In this document: piece by piece, positions 31,734 to 42,236 of the stretch
Position numbering within the stretch: the stretch's first letter is position 1
Layout: each line of letters starts with the position of its first letter
Notes under the pieces: generated by a model
What the model was told of the DNA's origin: nothing
The model's database searches: none
The model's input: only the letters and a program-made list of their open reading frames with translations
Position numbers and translations under genes: made by a program
DNA from: an uncultured Blautia sp.
Lineage (GTDB): Bacteria; Bacillota; Clostridia; Lachnospirales; Lachnospiraceae
Direction of reading: 5' to 3'
Assembly (NCBI GenBank): GCA_946557785.1
Contig: CAMNTH010000008.1
Span: 52,085-116,084, forward strand
Length of the DNA stretch: 64,000 nt

Positions 31734-31767
31734 GGGGTCCGGTCTGATAAGGACCGGACCCCTTTTT
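31734..31767 (+). terminator. Hairpin between gap and pgk
   Basis: GGGGTCCGGTC/GACCGGACCCC perfect stem plus T run. Confidence 0.8.
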
Positions 31768-31805
31768 CAGACAGAAACATCATATAATTAAGGAGGCATT
31801 TTACC

Positions 31806-33011
31806 ATGCTTAACAAAAAATCTGTTGATGATATCAACGTAAAAGGCCAGAAGGTTCTGGTTAGATGCGATTTTAACGTTCCGTTAAAAGAAGGCAGGAT
31901 CACTGACGAAAACCGTCTGGTTGCTGCCCTTCCTACTATTAAGAAGCTTATTGCTGACGGCGGAAAAGTAATTCTTTGCTCCCACCTTGGCAAGCCAAAG
32001 GGAGAAGCGAAACCGGAATTATCCCTTGCCCCTGTAGCAGTCCGCCTGAGTGAACTCCTTGGACAGGAAGTGAAATTTGCTGCTGATCCGGAAGTGGTTG
32101 GACCAAATGCAAAAGCTGCTGTAGAAGAAATGAAAGACGGTGAGGTTGTTCTTCTTGAAAACACCCGTTACCGCAAAGAAGAAACCAAGAATGGCGAGGA
32201 ATTCAGCAAAGATCTGGCTTCCCTTGCAGATGTATTCGTAAACGATGCTTTCGGAACCGCTCACAGAGCACACTGCTCCAATGTGGGAGTAACTCAGTAT
32301 GTTGAAACATCTGTAGTTGGATACTTAATGCAGAAGGAAATTGATTTCCTGGGCAATGCGGTAAATAATCCGGAAAGACCATTTGTAGCAATTCTGGGTG
32401 GTGCAAAGGTTGCTGACAAACTGAATGTTATTTCCAACCTTCTGGAAAAATGCGATACCCTTATCATTGGCGGTGGTATGGCTTATACTTTCCAGAAAGC
32501 AAAAGGATTGGAAGTTGGTACTTCTCTTGTAGATGACACCAAGATCGACTACTGTAGAGAAATGATGGAAAAAGCAGAGAAGCTTGGCAAGAAGCTGCTT
32601 CTTCCTGTTGATACCACAATTGTAAAAGAATTCCCAACTCCTATTGATGCGCATATCGAGGTAACATCTGTAGATGCAGATGCAATCCCGGCAGATATGA
32701 TGGGGCTTGATATCGGACCTAAGACAGCTGAGCTGTATGCAGAAGCAGTTAAAACTGCTAAGACGGTTGTTTGGAACGGACCTATGGGCGTATTTGAAAA
32801 CCCGATCCTTGCAAAAGGTACTATTGCTGTAGCAAAGGCTCTTGCCGATACAGAAGCTACAACCATTATCGGCGGCGGCGATTCTGCGGCAGCAGTAAAT
32901 CAGCTTGGCTTTGGCGATAAGATGTCCCATATTTCAACAGGCGGCGGCGCTTCTCTGGAATTCCTGGAAGGCAAAGAGCTCCCGGGCGTAGCAGCAGCAA
33001 ACGACAAATAA
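31806..33011 (+). CDS. pgk: Phosphoglycerate kinase
   Basis: [35 protein letters not shown]. Confidence 0.99.
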   Translation: MLNKKSVDDINVKGQKVLVRCDFNVPLKEGRITDENRLVAALPTIKKLIADGGKVILCSHLGKPKGEAKPELSLAPVAVRLSELLGQEVKFAADPEVVGPNAKAAVEEMKDGEVVLLENTRYRKEETKNGEEFSKDLASLADVFVNDAFGTAHRAHCSNVGVTQYVETSVVGYLMQKEIDFLGNAVNNPERPFVAILGGAKVADKLNVISNLLEKCDTLIIGGGMAYTFQKAKGLEVGTSLVDDTKIDYCREMMEKAEKLGKKLLLPVDTTIVKEFPTPIDAHIEVTSVDADAIPADMMGLDIGPKTAELYAEAVKTAKTVVWNGPMGVFENPILAKGTIAVAKALADTEATTIIGGGDSAAAVNQLGFGDKMSHISTGGGASLEFLEGKELPGVAAANDK

Positions 33012-33051
33012 GAAATTAATAAAAAATAAAACCCAAGAGGAGAACAAAACC

Positions 33052-33801
33052 ATGGCAAGAAAGAAAATCATCGCTGGTAACTGGAAAATGAACATGACAC
33101 CAAGCGAAGCAGTTGAACTGGTAAATACATTAAAACCATTAGTAGTAAATGGCGAAGTGGACGTTGTGTTCTGCGTACCTGCAATCGACATCATCCCTGT
33201 TATGGAAGCTTGCAAAGGCTCTAATATCCAGGTTGGCGCAGAGAACATGTACTATGAAGAAAAAGGTGCATACACAGGCGAAATCTCTCCTGCAATGCTT
33301 ACAGATGTAGGCGTAAAATATGTAGTTCTGGGACATTCTGAGAGAAGAGAATACTTTGCAGAGACAAATGAAACTGTAAACAAAAAGATGCTGAAAGCTT
33401 TTGAACATGGCATCACTCCGATCATGTGCTGCGGCGAATCCCTTACTCAGAGGGAGCAGGGTGTAACTATGGACTTTATCCGTCAGCAGGTGAAGGTTGG
33501 ATTCCAGGGTGTAACTGCAGATCAGGCTAAGACAGCAGTGATCGCTTACGAGCCGATCTGGGCTATCGGTACAGGCAAAACCGCTACAACTGAGCAGGCT
33601 CAGGAAGTTTGTGCGGCAATCCGTGAATGCATCGCAGAGATCTATGATGATGCAACAGCAGCAGAAATCCGCATCCAGTACGGCGGTTCTGTAAATGCAA
33701 AAACTGCACCGGAGTTGTTTGCACAGGCAGACATTGACGGCGGTCTTGTAGGCGGAGCATCTCTGAAACCAGATTTCGGCGCTATTGTAAATTACAAATA
33801 A
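33052..33801 (+). CDS. tpiA: Triosephosphate isomerase
   Basis: [27 protein letters not shown]. Confidence 0.99.
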   Translation: MARKKIIAGNWKMNMTPSEAVELVNTLKPLVVNGEVDVVFCVPAIDIIPVMEACKGSNIQVGAENMYYEEKGAYTGEISPAMLTDVGVKYVVLGHSERREYFAETNETVNKKMLKAFEHGITPIMCCGESLTQREQGVTMDFIRQQVKVGFQGVTADQAKTAVIAYEPIWAIGTGKTATTEQAQEVCAAIRECIAEIYDDATAAEIRIQYGGSVNAKTAPELFAQADIDGGLVGGASLKPDFGAIVNYK

Positions 33802-33813
33802 TCCTTAAATGAG

Positions 33814-33865
33814 AAAGCTCTGTAAACCGTAGAGGAAAAGAAATACGATTTACAGGGCTTTTTTT
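33814..33865 (+). terminator. Terminator after tpiA
   Basis: AAAGCTCTGTAAA...TTTACAGGGCTTT plus T run. Confidence 0.75.
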
Positions 33866-33900
33866 ACAGGGGCGGGTGAAAACAGGGGGACAAAAGGCAA

Positions 33901-34386
33901 ATGGAATTATGGGACGCATATGATTCTTCTTTTAGAAAAATTGAAAATACAACACTGGTCAGAGGGGAAGCGATACCACGGGATGTGTTTCATTTGGTTT
34001 GTGATGTTCTGGTTGTACATACAGATGGGACAGTTTTGCTGATGAAAAGGGATTACAGGAAGCATTTGGGAGGACTGTGGGAAGCAACCGCAGGTGGAAG
34101 CGCACTGGCAGGAGAAACGCCTCTCCAATGCGCTGTCAGGGAATTAAAAGAAGAGACAGGGATTGCTTCCGATAATCTTGTGGAGCTGGGCAAAGAGATA
34201 AGCAATGAAAAGCATGCAATCCATGTAGAATTTTTGTGTGTTACCTCATGGGATAAGAATAAAATTTTGCTGCAGGATGGAGAGACGATAGACTATAAAT
34301 GGGTCAGCAAAAAAGAACTGCTCGCTATGAAAACAGATGAATTGGCAACAAAAAGAATGCAGAAATATATGGTGTCTATAAACTAA
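33901..34386 (+). CDS. NUDIX hydrolase
   Basis: Nudix box GGSALAGETPLQCAVRELKEETG. Confidence 0.93.
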   Translation: MELWDAYDSSFRKIENTTLVRGEAIPRDVFHLVCDVLVVHTDGTVLLMKRDYRKHLGGLWEATAGGSALAGETPLQCAVRELKEETGIASDNLVELGKEISNEKHAIHVEFLCVTSWDKNKILLQDGETIDYKWVSKKELLAMKTDELATKRMQKYMVSIN

Positions 34387-34416
34387 CATGCAAACATAGG
34401 GAAAGGAGCCATTCCG

Positions 34417-35712
34417 ATGGAGAATAGAGTCATCAAAGCCGCCTTGCTGGGGCTTGGAACAGTGGGGAACGGTGTATATAAAGTTTTGAAAAATCAGGAA
34501 AAGGAGATGCAGGCAAAGATTGGAAGCCAGGTGAAAATCACAAAGATCCTGGTGCGTAATCTGGAAAAAGCTGCTGCGAAAGTGGACGATGCTTCCGTTT
34601 TAACGAATCAATGGGAAGAGATTCTGAAGGATCCAAAGATCAGTATCGTGATTGAACTGATGGGCGGCATAGAGCCGGCAAGAACCTATATTCTTGCAGC
34701 TTTAAATGCCGGCAAGCATGTGGTATCTGCAAATAAGGATCTGATCGCTGTCCATGGTAAGGAGCTTCTGGATGCAGCTGAAGAAAACCATGTGGACTTT
34801 CTTTTTGAAGCGGCTGTTGCAGGGGGAATTCCTATTATCCGCCCGCTGAAGCAGTGCCTGGCAGGCAATCACATGACAGAAGTTATGGGGATTGTCAATG
34901 GAACTACAAACTTTATCCTGACTAAGATGACCCAGGAAGGAATGGAATTCAAAGACGCCCTTGCCCTTGCTACGGAGCTTGGCTATGCGGAGGCAGACCC
35001 TACGGCAGATATTGAAGGCCTGGACGCAGGACGCAAGGTTGCCATCCTTGCAAGTGCAGCCTTTAATTCCCGTGTTGTATTTGATGATGTATACATAGAA
35101 GGAATTACCAGGATTTCCGCAAAGGATATCCGCTATGCCAAGGAAATGGGCTGTGATATTAAGCTTCTGGGAGTGGCGCGCCAGGCAGAAGACGGGATTG
35201 AAAGCTATGTTTGTCCCATGCTGATCCCAAGCACCCACCCCCTTGCATCTGTGAACGATTCCTACAATGCTGTTTTTGTACACGGAGATGCAGTGGAGGA
35301 TGCCATGTTCTTTGGAAGAGGAGCAGGAGAGCTTCCTACAGCCAGTGCAGTCGTAGGAGATATCTTTGACATTGTTCGGAACATTCTGGCAGGATGCTGC
35401 GCGCGTATCGGATGTACATGCTACAAAGAGACTCCTGTGAAAAAGATGGCAGATACCTATAACCGCTATTTTGTCCGCCTTCAGGTGGAAGACCGCTGCG
35501 GCGTCCTGGCAGAAATGACGGCAGTATTTGCAAAATACCATGTAAGTGTGGCTCAGATTATCCAGAAGGAAACAAAGACAGCGGGAAGTGCAGAGGTGGT
35601 TGTGATTACGGCCAAGGTGCGTGAGGGCGATTTCCGGACTGCCATGGATGAACTGCAGAACCGTTCTTCCATCCGTAAGGTTTCCAGCCTGCTGCGGGTA
35701 TACGGAAAATAA
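34417..35712 (+). CDS. hom: Homoserine dehydrogenase with ACT domain
   Basis: GLGTVG, SANK, EAAVAGGIP, GYAEADP, GRGAG; C-terminal ACT (DRCGVLA). Confidence 0.96.
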   Translation: MENRVIKAALLGLGTVGNGVYKVLKNQEKEMQAKIGSQVKITKILVRNLEKAAAKVDDASVLTNQWEEILKDPKISIVIELMGGIEPARTYILAALNAGKHVVSANKDLIAVHGKELLDAAEENHVDFLFEAAVAGGIPIIRPLKQCLAGNHMTEVMGIVNGTTNFILTKMTQEGMEFKDALALATELGYAEADPTADIEGLDAGRKVAILASAAFNSRVVFDDVYIEGITRISAKDIRYAKEMGCDIKLLGVARQAEDGIESYVCPMLIPSTHPLASVNDSYNAVFVHGDAVEDAMFFGRGAGELPTASAVVGDIFDIVRNILAGCCARIGCTCYKETPVKKMADTYNRYFVRLQVEDRCGVLAEMTAVFAKYHVSVAQIIQKETKTAGSAEVVVITAKVREGDFRTAMDELQNRSSIRKVSSLLRVYGK

Positions 35713-35858
35713 GGAAAAATGCAGGAAGGATGTTGCCCGAAAGGTAACTAGAGTAGCTTAATTAATTTGACGCCAAACAAAAAACACATAATAATCATCA
35801 ATCACTTGAGATTATTATGTGTTTTACTATTTGTGTCATCTTAAATTCTGTTTTACTT

Positions 35859-37397
35859 TCAGCAGACAAGAAGTGATTTTCCAGTCATTTCTTCCGGCTG
35901 TTCCATTCCCATCAGCTCAATGAGGGTAGGGATAATATCTGCCAGGCAGCCGTTTTCACGAAGACTGTACTTAGGATCTGCATTTACCAGGATAAATGGA
36001 ACGGGATTGGTTGTATGAGCAGTAAAAGGATCCCCTGTATTATAATCTACAAGCTGCTCTGCATTACCATGGTCAGCACAGATAAACATCTGTCCGTCCA
36101 CTTCCTTAAGAGCTTCCACTGCTCTGCCTACACACGCATCCACTGCTTCCACTGCTTTAACAGCAGCAGCTTCTACGCCTGTATGTCCTACCATATCCGG
36201 ATTAGCGAAGTTAATGATGATAACGTCGTATTTATCAGACTTAATGGCATCTACAAGCTTATCGCATACTGCCGGTGCACTCATTTCCGGCTGCAGGTCA
36301 TAGGTAGCAACCTTAGGGGATTTTACCAGAATCCTGTCCTCACCTTTATTTGGCTCTTCAATGCCGCCGTTAAAGAAAAATGTTACATGGGCATACTTTT
36401 CTGTTTCTGCAATACGGGCCTGAGTCATATTATGGGCAGCAAGGTACTCTCCAAAAGTATTGGTAAGCTGAACCTTATGGAAAGCTATTGTTTTATTTGG
36501 AATGGTATCATCATATTCTGTGAAGCATACATATGTGAGGTCCAGTCTCTTTTCTCTTGCAAATCCGTCAAACTCATCTGCGCAGAAGGCTCTTGTGATC
36601 TCACGGGCACGGTCAGGGCGGAAATTAAAGAATACTACGGAATCCTTATCGGAGATTACAGTAACAGGAGCTCCGTCCTTCTCAATAACTGTGGGAAGTA
36701 CAAATTCGTCTGTTTTCTCATTGTCATAGGATGCCTGGACAGCTTCTGCTGCGTCCGTTCCCTTTACGCCTTCCCCCTTTGTCAGAGCTTTATAAGCCAG
36801 TTCCACACGATCCCAGCGGTTGTCACGGTCCATTGCATAGTAGCGGCCGGAAACAACACCGATTTCACCAACACCGATTTCTTTCATCTTAGCCTGCAGA
36901 GCTTCAATATAACCCTTGCCTGATGCAGGAGGCGTGTCACGTCCGTCCAGGAAGCAATGTACATAGACCTTCTCAAGACCTTCTCTTTTTGCCATTTCAA
37001 GAAGTCCGTAAAGATGGGTGTTATGGCTGTGAACACCGCCGTCAGAAAGAAGTCCCATAAAGTGAATGGAAGAATTGTTTTCTTTGGCATTTTTCATTGC
37101 CTTAAGAAGTGCTTCGTTTTTAAAGAAGTCTCCGTCCTCGATCTCTTTTGTGATTCTGGTAAGCTCCTGGTATACAATGCGGCCTGCGCCCATGTTCAGA
37201 TGGCCTACTTCAGAGTTGCCCATCTGGCCGTCCGGAAGACCTACTGCCAGTCCGCTTGCATAACCTTTTACAAACGGATAATCTGCCATTAAACTGTCCA
37301 TTACAGGAGTCTTTGCTTCATATACGGCATTGGCTTCCTTCTTTTCATTCAGTCCGTATCCATCAAGAATCATTAAAACAGTTGGTTTTTTGCTCAT
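35859..37397 (-). CDS. gpmI: 2,3-bisphosphoglycerate-independent phosphoglycerate mutase
   Basis: ILDGYG, GNSEVGH, SDGGVHSH, ETEKYAHVT, ADHGNAE. Confidence 0.98.
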   Translation of the reverse strand: MSKKPTVLMILDGYGLNEKKEANAVYEAKTPVMDSLMADYPFVKGYASGLAVGLPDGQMGNSEVGHLNMGAGRIVYQELTRITKEIEDGDFFKNEALLKAMKNAKENNSSIHFMGLLSDGGVHSHNTHLYGLLEMAKREGLEKVYVHCFLDGRDTPPASGKGYIEALQAKMKEIGVGEIGVVSGRYYAMDRDNRWDRVELAYKALTKGEGVKGTDAAEAVQASYDNEKTDEFVLPTVIEKDGAPVTVISDKDSVVFFNFRPDRAREITRAFCADEFDGFAREKRLDLTYVCFTEYDDTIPNKTIAFHKVQLTNTFGEYLAAHNMTQARIAETEKYAHVTFFFNGGIEEPNKGEDRILVKSPKVATYDLQPEMSAPAVCDKLVDAIKSDKYDVIIINFANPDMVGHTGVEAAAVKAVEAVDACVGRAVEALKEVDGQMFICADHGNAEQLVDYNTGDPFTAHTTNPVPFILVNADPKYSLRENGCLADIIPTLIELMGMEQPEEMTGKSLLVC

Positions 37398-37618
37398 AAT
37401 GCTCTCCTTTTATTTGTAAATTTCCTCCGCACAAAAACGGAGACATTTTGTACTGAAAGTTTCTTTCTTTATATATAGTATCAAAATTCTGAGATTTTTC
37501 AAGGATTTTCTTATAAAAGTAACCCGGAGGCAAATAACAAGGATTTGTTTCAAAAACAATATGCTTTTGAGACAAAACAATGCCAGCCTTTTATGAACCG
37601 GATAGAGAGGATTGCCCT

Positions 37619-38854
37619 ATGACAAATGATTCGTGATAATAACAAGAAAACCTCTGTTTCAGCAGTTTTATAATATGATGGATGCGGTGATCGTGGGGAA
37701 ATTTGTGGGGGCAAAAGCTCTGGCTGCAGTAGGAGCCACAGGAACGATCATGTTTTTGATCCTGGGATTTTTGATGGGGGTAACTGCCGGTTTTACTGTG
37801 CTTACTGCCCAGAAATTCGGTGCAGGAAGATTGGATGAGATGCGTCAGACAGTGGGAAATGCTGGGGTTTTGTCCGGGATCGTATCCATACTTATAACTG
37901 CGGTAAGCCTGCTTTTTATGAAAAAGCTGTTGGTTCTTATGAATACGCCTAAGGATATTTATGAGGATGCATATGCATACATTATGATTATCTGCGGCGG
38001 TATTTTTGCACAGGCACTGTACAACATTCTTGCCAGTATTCTAAGGGCTTTGGGAAACAGCAGAACACCGCTTTACTTCCTGATTTTTTCCGCACTTTTA
38101 AATGTGGTGCTGGATCTGGTATTTATTATTGTATTTCATATGGGGTTTCAGGAGCGGCATGGGCGACTGTGATCTCCCAGGGCATATACGGGCTTCTTTG
38201 TCTGGTATATATTGCAAGATCTGTACCTGAACTGCATCTGAAAAGGGAAGACTGGAAGCTTCGGAAAGGGATTACCATAAATCAGATAAGCGTAGGCTTT
38301 CCTATGGGCATCCAGTATTCCATTACTGCCATCTATATTTTCTCAGGCATTTGTGGCCATTGGAACAACCATGCAACCTATAATGCACAGAATATCGGGG
38401 CAGGACGTTTGGATAGAGTCCGGGAAGGATTCCATGCTTCCCATATACTTGGGGGTGCGTATGCAGTGATCACAGGAGTGATTCTGGCTTTTTTGGGAAA
38501 AAATTTTGCATATCTTTTTATTTTGGACACTGGGGCAGAGGTAATCCCCATGGTAGACCTTTATCTGAAATGTTCTTTTGCTTTTTTGTGCCACTTCACC
38601 TGGTGAATGACCTTAGAAACGGAATACAGGGGATGGGATATGGTGTGCTTCCCATGCTGGCAGGTATTGCTGAATTGATAGGGCGCGGCATAACGGCTCT
38701 GATAGCAGGACATGAAAGAAGCTATTTTATCGCATGCATGGCAAGTCCCATGGCATGGATCATTGCGTCTGCACTGCTGATATTTATGTTTTTTTATGTT
38801 ATGAAGAATATGGACGGAAAACTGAATCGAAAATCCGGTGACTCAGACTTTTAA
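37619..38854 (+). pseudogene. MATE efflux transporter pseudogene
   Basis: MTND start after RBS GAGAGG, then stop; MATE fragments in successive frames (FQQFYNMMDAVIVGKFVG; ISQGIYG..; LRNGIQGMG) with visible internal deletions. Confidence 0.85.
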
Positions 38855-38908
38855 AAGAATAAAAAGAAAAACAGCGGATACAATATGCATTAAGGTTTAA
38901 GTTATAAT

Positions 38909-38962
38909 GCAGCCATACAATAAGATGGAGCCTGGCGAAATCAATATGTATGGCTGCTTTTT
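38909..38962 (+). terminator. Long hairpin plus T run after the MATE remnant
   Basis: GCAGCCATACA...TGTATGGCTGC followed by TTTTT. Confidence 0.65.
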
Positions 38963-39160
38963 CTTCATTTGTACGGAAGTTTTTCTTTTTTAGAAATTCA
39001 GAAACAAGTATAACGAAAATATTAAGCTTTTGTGAATAAGAGAAATTTTGGTGCAAAATAAGAGAAGTATGTTATAATATAGAAGCTAAAGGAGATTTTT
39101 GTAACTGTTTCATGAAAAATGGTTGCAGACTTGAGGGCTTATTTGAGGAGAGTATAGTAA

Positions 39161-41098
39161 ATGAGAAACAAAGAAGAAAGGAACTCTTTTTCTGACGAAG
39201 AACTGATGGATGCTGAGCTGGACAGAGACTTTGATGAAGTGGTCTTTGCTGACGAAGAAGATGAAACTGACGAAGATTTCGAAGAAGAAGAGTATGATGA
39301 AGACGACTTCGGCGAAGAAGAGTACGAAGAAGATGACTTCGAAGAAGAAGAGTACGAAGAAGATGACTTCGAAGAGGAAGAGTACGAAGAAGATGACTTC
39401 GAAGAAGAAGAGTACGAAGAAGACGACTTCGATGAAGAAGGGTACGACGAAGACGACTTCGGCGAAGAAGAGTATGACGAAGACGGCTTTGATGAAGAAG
39501 AGTATGAAGATTTCGATGGTGAAGAGCACGATATGTCTGATATCTCTGTAGATACAGGAATGCAAGCCGGGGACAGTGAGAGGAAATCAGCCGGGACTAT
39601 TAAATCCGCAAGGCCTAAGCCTGTGACTTATGTTCCAATAGATGACAATGAGCTGGTGTTCACGAAGAAGAAATCCGGGGGCAAGCATAAAGGCCTGAAG
39701 ATTACCGGGGCGGCTGCCCTTATGATGCTTGTCACTGCGGGATGTGCTTATGCAGGCGTTTCTTATTACTATTCGGATAAATTTTTTGAAGGAACGACTA
39801 TCAATGGCTATGATTGCTCAGGAAAGACGCCGTATGAAGTGGAGCAGATGATCGCTGAGAATGTGGAGAATTATTCTATCCAGATTTCTTCCAGAAACCT
39901 GGAGCCGCAGGTACTTGAGGGTAATCTGATCAATTATAAGTATGCTCCTGATGGGGAAGTCATGAAGCTTTTGAAGGATCAAAAACCTTACAAATGGATT
40001 CAGGGTTATTTGGAAGAAAAGAGCTATACGATTGCTGAGAATGTAACTTACAGCAAGGAGCTGCTCCAGAACCAGGTACTGCAGCTGAATTGTGCCCAGA
40101 AAGAAAATCAGGTAGCTCCTGAAAATGCCTATGTTTCCTTTACAGATACCCAGTTTGAAATCATTCCGGAGACAGAAGGAAGCGAGCTGAATGTGAAGCA
40201 GGCATATCAGATCCTGGACGAAGCAGTTGCAGGCAAGCAGGAAGCTATTGATTTTGCAGGTACTTCCGATGCTTATGTAACGGCTGCTGTCACAAAGGAA
40301 GATCCTGGATTAAAGGCGACCCTGGATGCATGCAATAATTTTACTAAAGCAAGCATTACTTATACCTTTGGGGAGGAGACAGTTACGCTGGATGGAAGTA
40401 CCATCAAGGATTGGCTTCAGTTTGATGAAAAAGGTCAGTTTGTACAGGATGATGCATCCTTCCAGCAGCATATTGCAGAATATGTTGCACAGCTTGCTGC
40501 CCAGTATGATACTGTAGGTACAAGCAGGGAGTTTTATACCACGAGCGGCCGTACCGTATACGTTTATGGTTCTGCTTATGGATGGCAGATTGACCAGAAA
40601 GCAGAAGCCGCACAGCTTACCCAGGAAATCCAGTCGGGAGTACAGACTTCCAGAGATCCAGCTTATGCCATGACCGCCAATTCAAGAGGCCATAATGACC
40701 TGGGAAATACTTATATTGAAGTAGACCTGTCAAGCCAGCATATGTATTACTATCAGAATGGCGGGATAATCTTTGATTCAGATATCGTATCAGGAAATAT
40801 GAGCTACAGTGACCGCCAGACACCGGAAGGCATCTATACTCTTTATTATAAAAAGAGTCCGGATGTTCTCCGAGGCGAAAAGAGGCCGGACGGAACCTAT
40901 GAATATGAAACAGATGTAGATTACTGGATGCCGTTTAATGGAGGAATCGGATTCCATGATGCAGGATGGCAGCCGTATTTCGGAGGAGACCGTTATTTGA
41001 CAGGCGGTTCCCATGGATGCATCAATATGCCGCCTTATAATGCTGCAATTCTCTATGAGATTATTCAGTTCGGTGTTCCGATTATATGCTTTTACTAA
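39161..41098 (+). CDS. L,D-transpeptidase (YkuD family) with PG-binding repeats and an acidic N-terminal tail
   Basis: TM helix at about aa 185-205; C-terminal YIEVDLSSQ, TPEGIY, GIGFHDA, GSHGCIN. Confidence 0.92.
   Translation: MRNKEERNSFSDEELMDAELDRDFDEVVFADEEDETDEDFEEEEYDEDDFGEEEYEEDDFEEEEYEEDDFEEEEYEEDDFEEEEYEEDDFDEEGYDEDDFGEEEYDEDGFDEEEYEDFDGEEHDMSDISVDTGMQAGDSERKSAGTIKSARPKPVTYVPIDDNELVFTKKKSGGKHKGLKITGAAALMMLVTAGCAYAGVSYYYSDKFFEGTTINGYDCSGKTPYEVEQMIAENVENYSIQISSRNLEPQVLEGNLINYKYAPDGEVMKLLKDQKPYKWIQGYLEEKSYTIAENVTYSKELLQNQVLQLNCAQKENQVAPENAYVSFTDTQFEIIPETEGSELNVKQAYQILDEAVAGKQEAIDFAGTSDAYVTAAVTKEDPGLKATLDACNNFTKASITYTFGEETVTLDGSTIKDWLQFDEKGQFVQDDASFQQHIAEYVAQLAAQYDTVGTSREFYTTSGRTVYVYGSAYGWQIDQKAEAAQLTQEIQSGVQTSRDPAYAMTANSRGHNDLGNTYIEVDLSSQHMYYYQNGGIIFDSDIVSGNMSYSDRQTPEGIYTLYYKKSPDVLRGEKRPDGTYEYETDVDYWMPFNGGIGFHDAGWQPYFGGDRYLTGGSHGCINMPPYNAAILYEIIQFGVPIICFY
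39281..39514 (+). repeat. 30-bp coding tandem repeat, 7 full units plus 1 partial
   Basis: Unit GAAGAAGAAGAGTACGAAGAAGATGACTTC encoding [EGD]EEEYEEDDF, starting at 39281, 39311, 39341, 39371, 39401, 39431, 39461, 39491. Confidence 0.97.
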
Positions 41099-41121
41099 TG
41101 AAGAAAGGGCTGGTGTAAGGG

Positions 41122-41418
41122 ATGAACAGCACATTTGATTTTATATTGACAGTGGGTTCAATTGTAATAGGTATTCTGCTGCTTACAGGACATGGCAGTA
41201 TTTTTATGGGCGGAGGAAATTCGAAGAAGCGCAGCAGCATGTATGATGAAAAAAAGATGGAGAAAGCCTCCGGGGTTGCGCTTATTTTGGTAGGAATTGC
41301 CACAGGCATTGATTCCTTTACGACAGGAGTGGCAGCCAAGATTGGTTATACAATTGTGCTGGTGGCGATTTTTACGGTACTTGTGATCTATTATCAAAAG
41401 AAATGTAAAAAGAAATAA
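41122..41418 (+). CDS. Small membrane protein, hypothetical
   Basis: Three hydrophobic segments; RBS-like AAGGG upstream; followed by a terminator. Confidence 0.7.
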   Translation: MNSTFDFILTVGSIVIGILLLTGHGSIFMGGGNSKKRSSMYDEKKMEKASGVALILVGIATGIDSFTTGVAAKIGYTIVLVAIFTVLVIYYQKKCKKK

Positions 41419-41427
41419 AAGACATTA

Positions 41428-41467
41428 AAAAAGAGGTGCATGAGACTCCATCATGCATCTCTTTTTT
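41428..41467. terminator. Bidirectional terminator
   Basis: AAAAAGAGGTGCATGA/TCATGCATCTCTTTTT. Confidence 0.85.
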
Positions 41468-41485
41468 AAGAAAACCTATCCGTAT

Positions 41486-42115
41486 TTATACAGATGTATG
41501 ACAAAGGGGAATAAGATCCAAAGGTTTATGGATCACAGCATAGGGGTGCTCCACCTGACCGAATCCGTAGGAAGCGAAGATGAATGGAACACCTGCTTCG
41601 TCACAGGCTGTGAAATCCCCCATAGTATCGCCCACATAAACGGGAGCCTTAAGATGATGCTTTTGGACGATACGGCAAATATTGGCTCCTTTTGCAAGGC
41701 CGGTATCTCCCGGACACAAATGATCCTTGAAATATTTTTCGAATCCTGTGGTTTTTAGAAATACTTCGATGTACCCTGCCTGGCAATTGCTTACGATAAA
41801 TAATGGATACTGGGAAGATAATGCAGACAGGGTTTCTTCAAGGCCTTCATAAAGGGGCGCACATTCATGAAGAAGCGCTTCATGCTCTGCCTGGCAGCAG
41901 GCGTCAATGATACGAAGCTGTTCCTCCTTGGAAAAGTCCGGGAATAAAGCTTTTGCAATATCCGGCAGGATCTGGCCGAACAAAGTCATCAGCCTTTCTG
42001 AAGTAATTGTAATATCCAGCTTTTCTGTTTGCTGAAGGTAAGCGGTCCATGCTTTTGCTACAATATCAGTAGAGTCCCATAAGGTACCATCTACATCAAA
42101 AATAATACCATCCAT
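41486..42115 (-). CDS. HAD-family hydrolase
   Basis: FDVDGTLWDS, VSN, YVGDT..D. Confidence 0.93.
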   Translation of the reverse strand: MDGIIFDVDGTLWDSTDIVAKAWTAYLQQTEKLDITITSERLMTLFGQILPDIAKALFPDFSKEEQLRIIDACCQAEHEALLHECAPLYEGLEETLSALSSQYPLFIVSNCQAGYIEVFLKTTGFEKYFKDHLCPGDTGLAKGANICRIVQKHHLKAPVYVGDTMGDFTACDEAGVPFIFASYGFGQVEHPYAVIHKPLDLIPLCHTSV

Positions 42116-42236
42116 TCCTGTAAATCCTTTCTATGTAAGATAAACGTTATTTCATAGGTTATCTTAAAGGAAAATAAGGAAAAAAGCAACCTGGAAATCA
42201 TATACGGCATTTCAGAAGCGGAAAAAGGGATTTGAC

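Noticed and set aside
39281-39514. Regular 30-bp repeats as a possible CRISPR array
   Set aside because: Units are head-to-tail with no unique spacers, stay in frame inside a CDS, and no cas genes are nearby.
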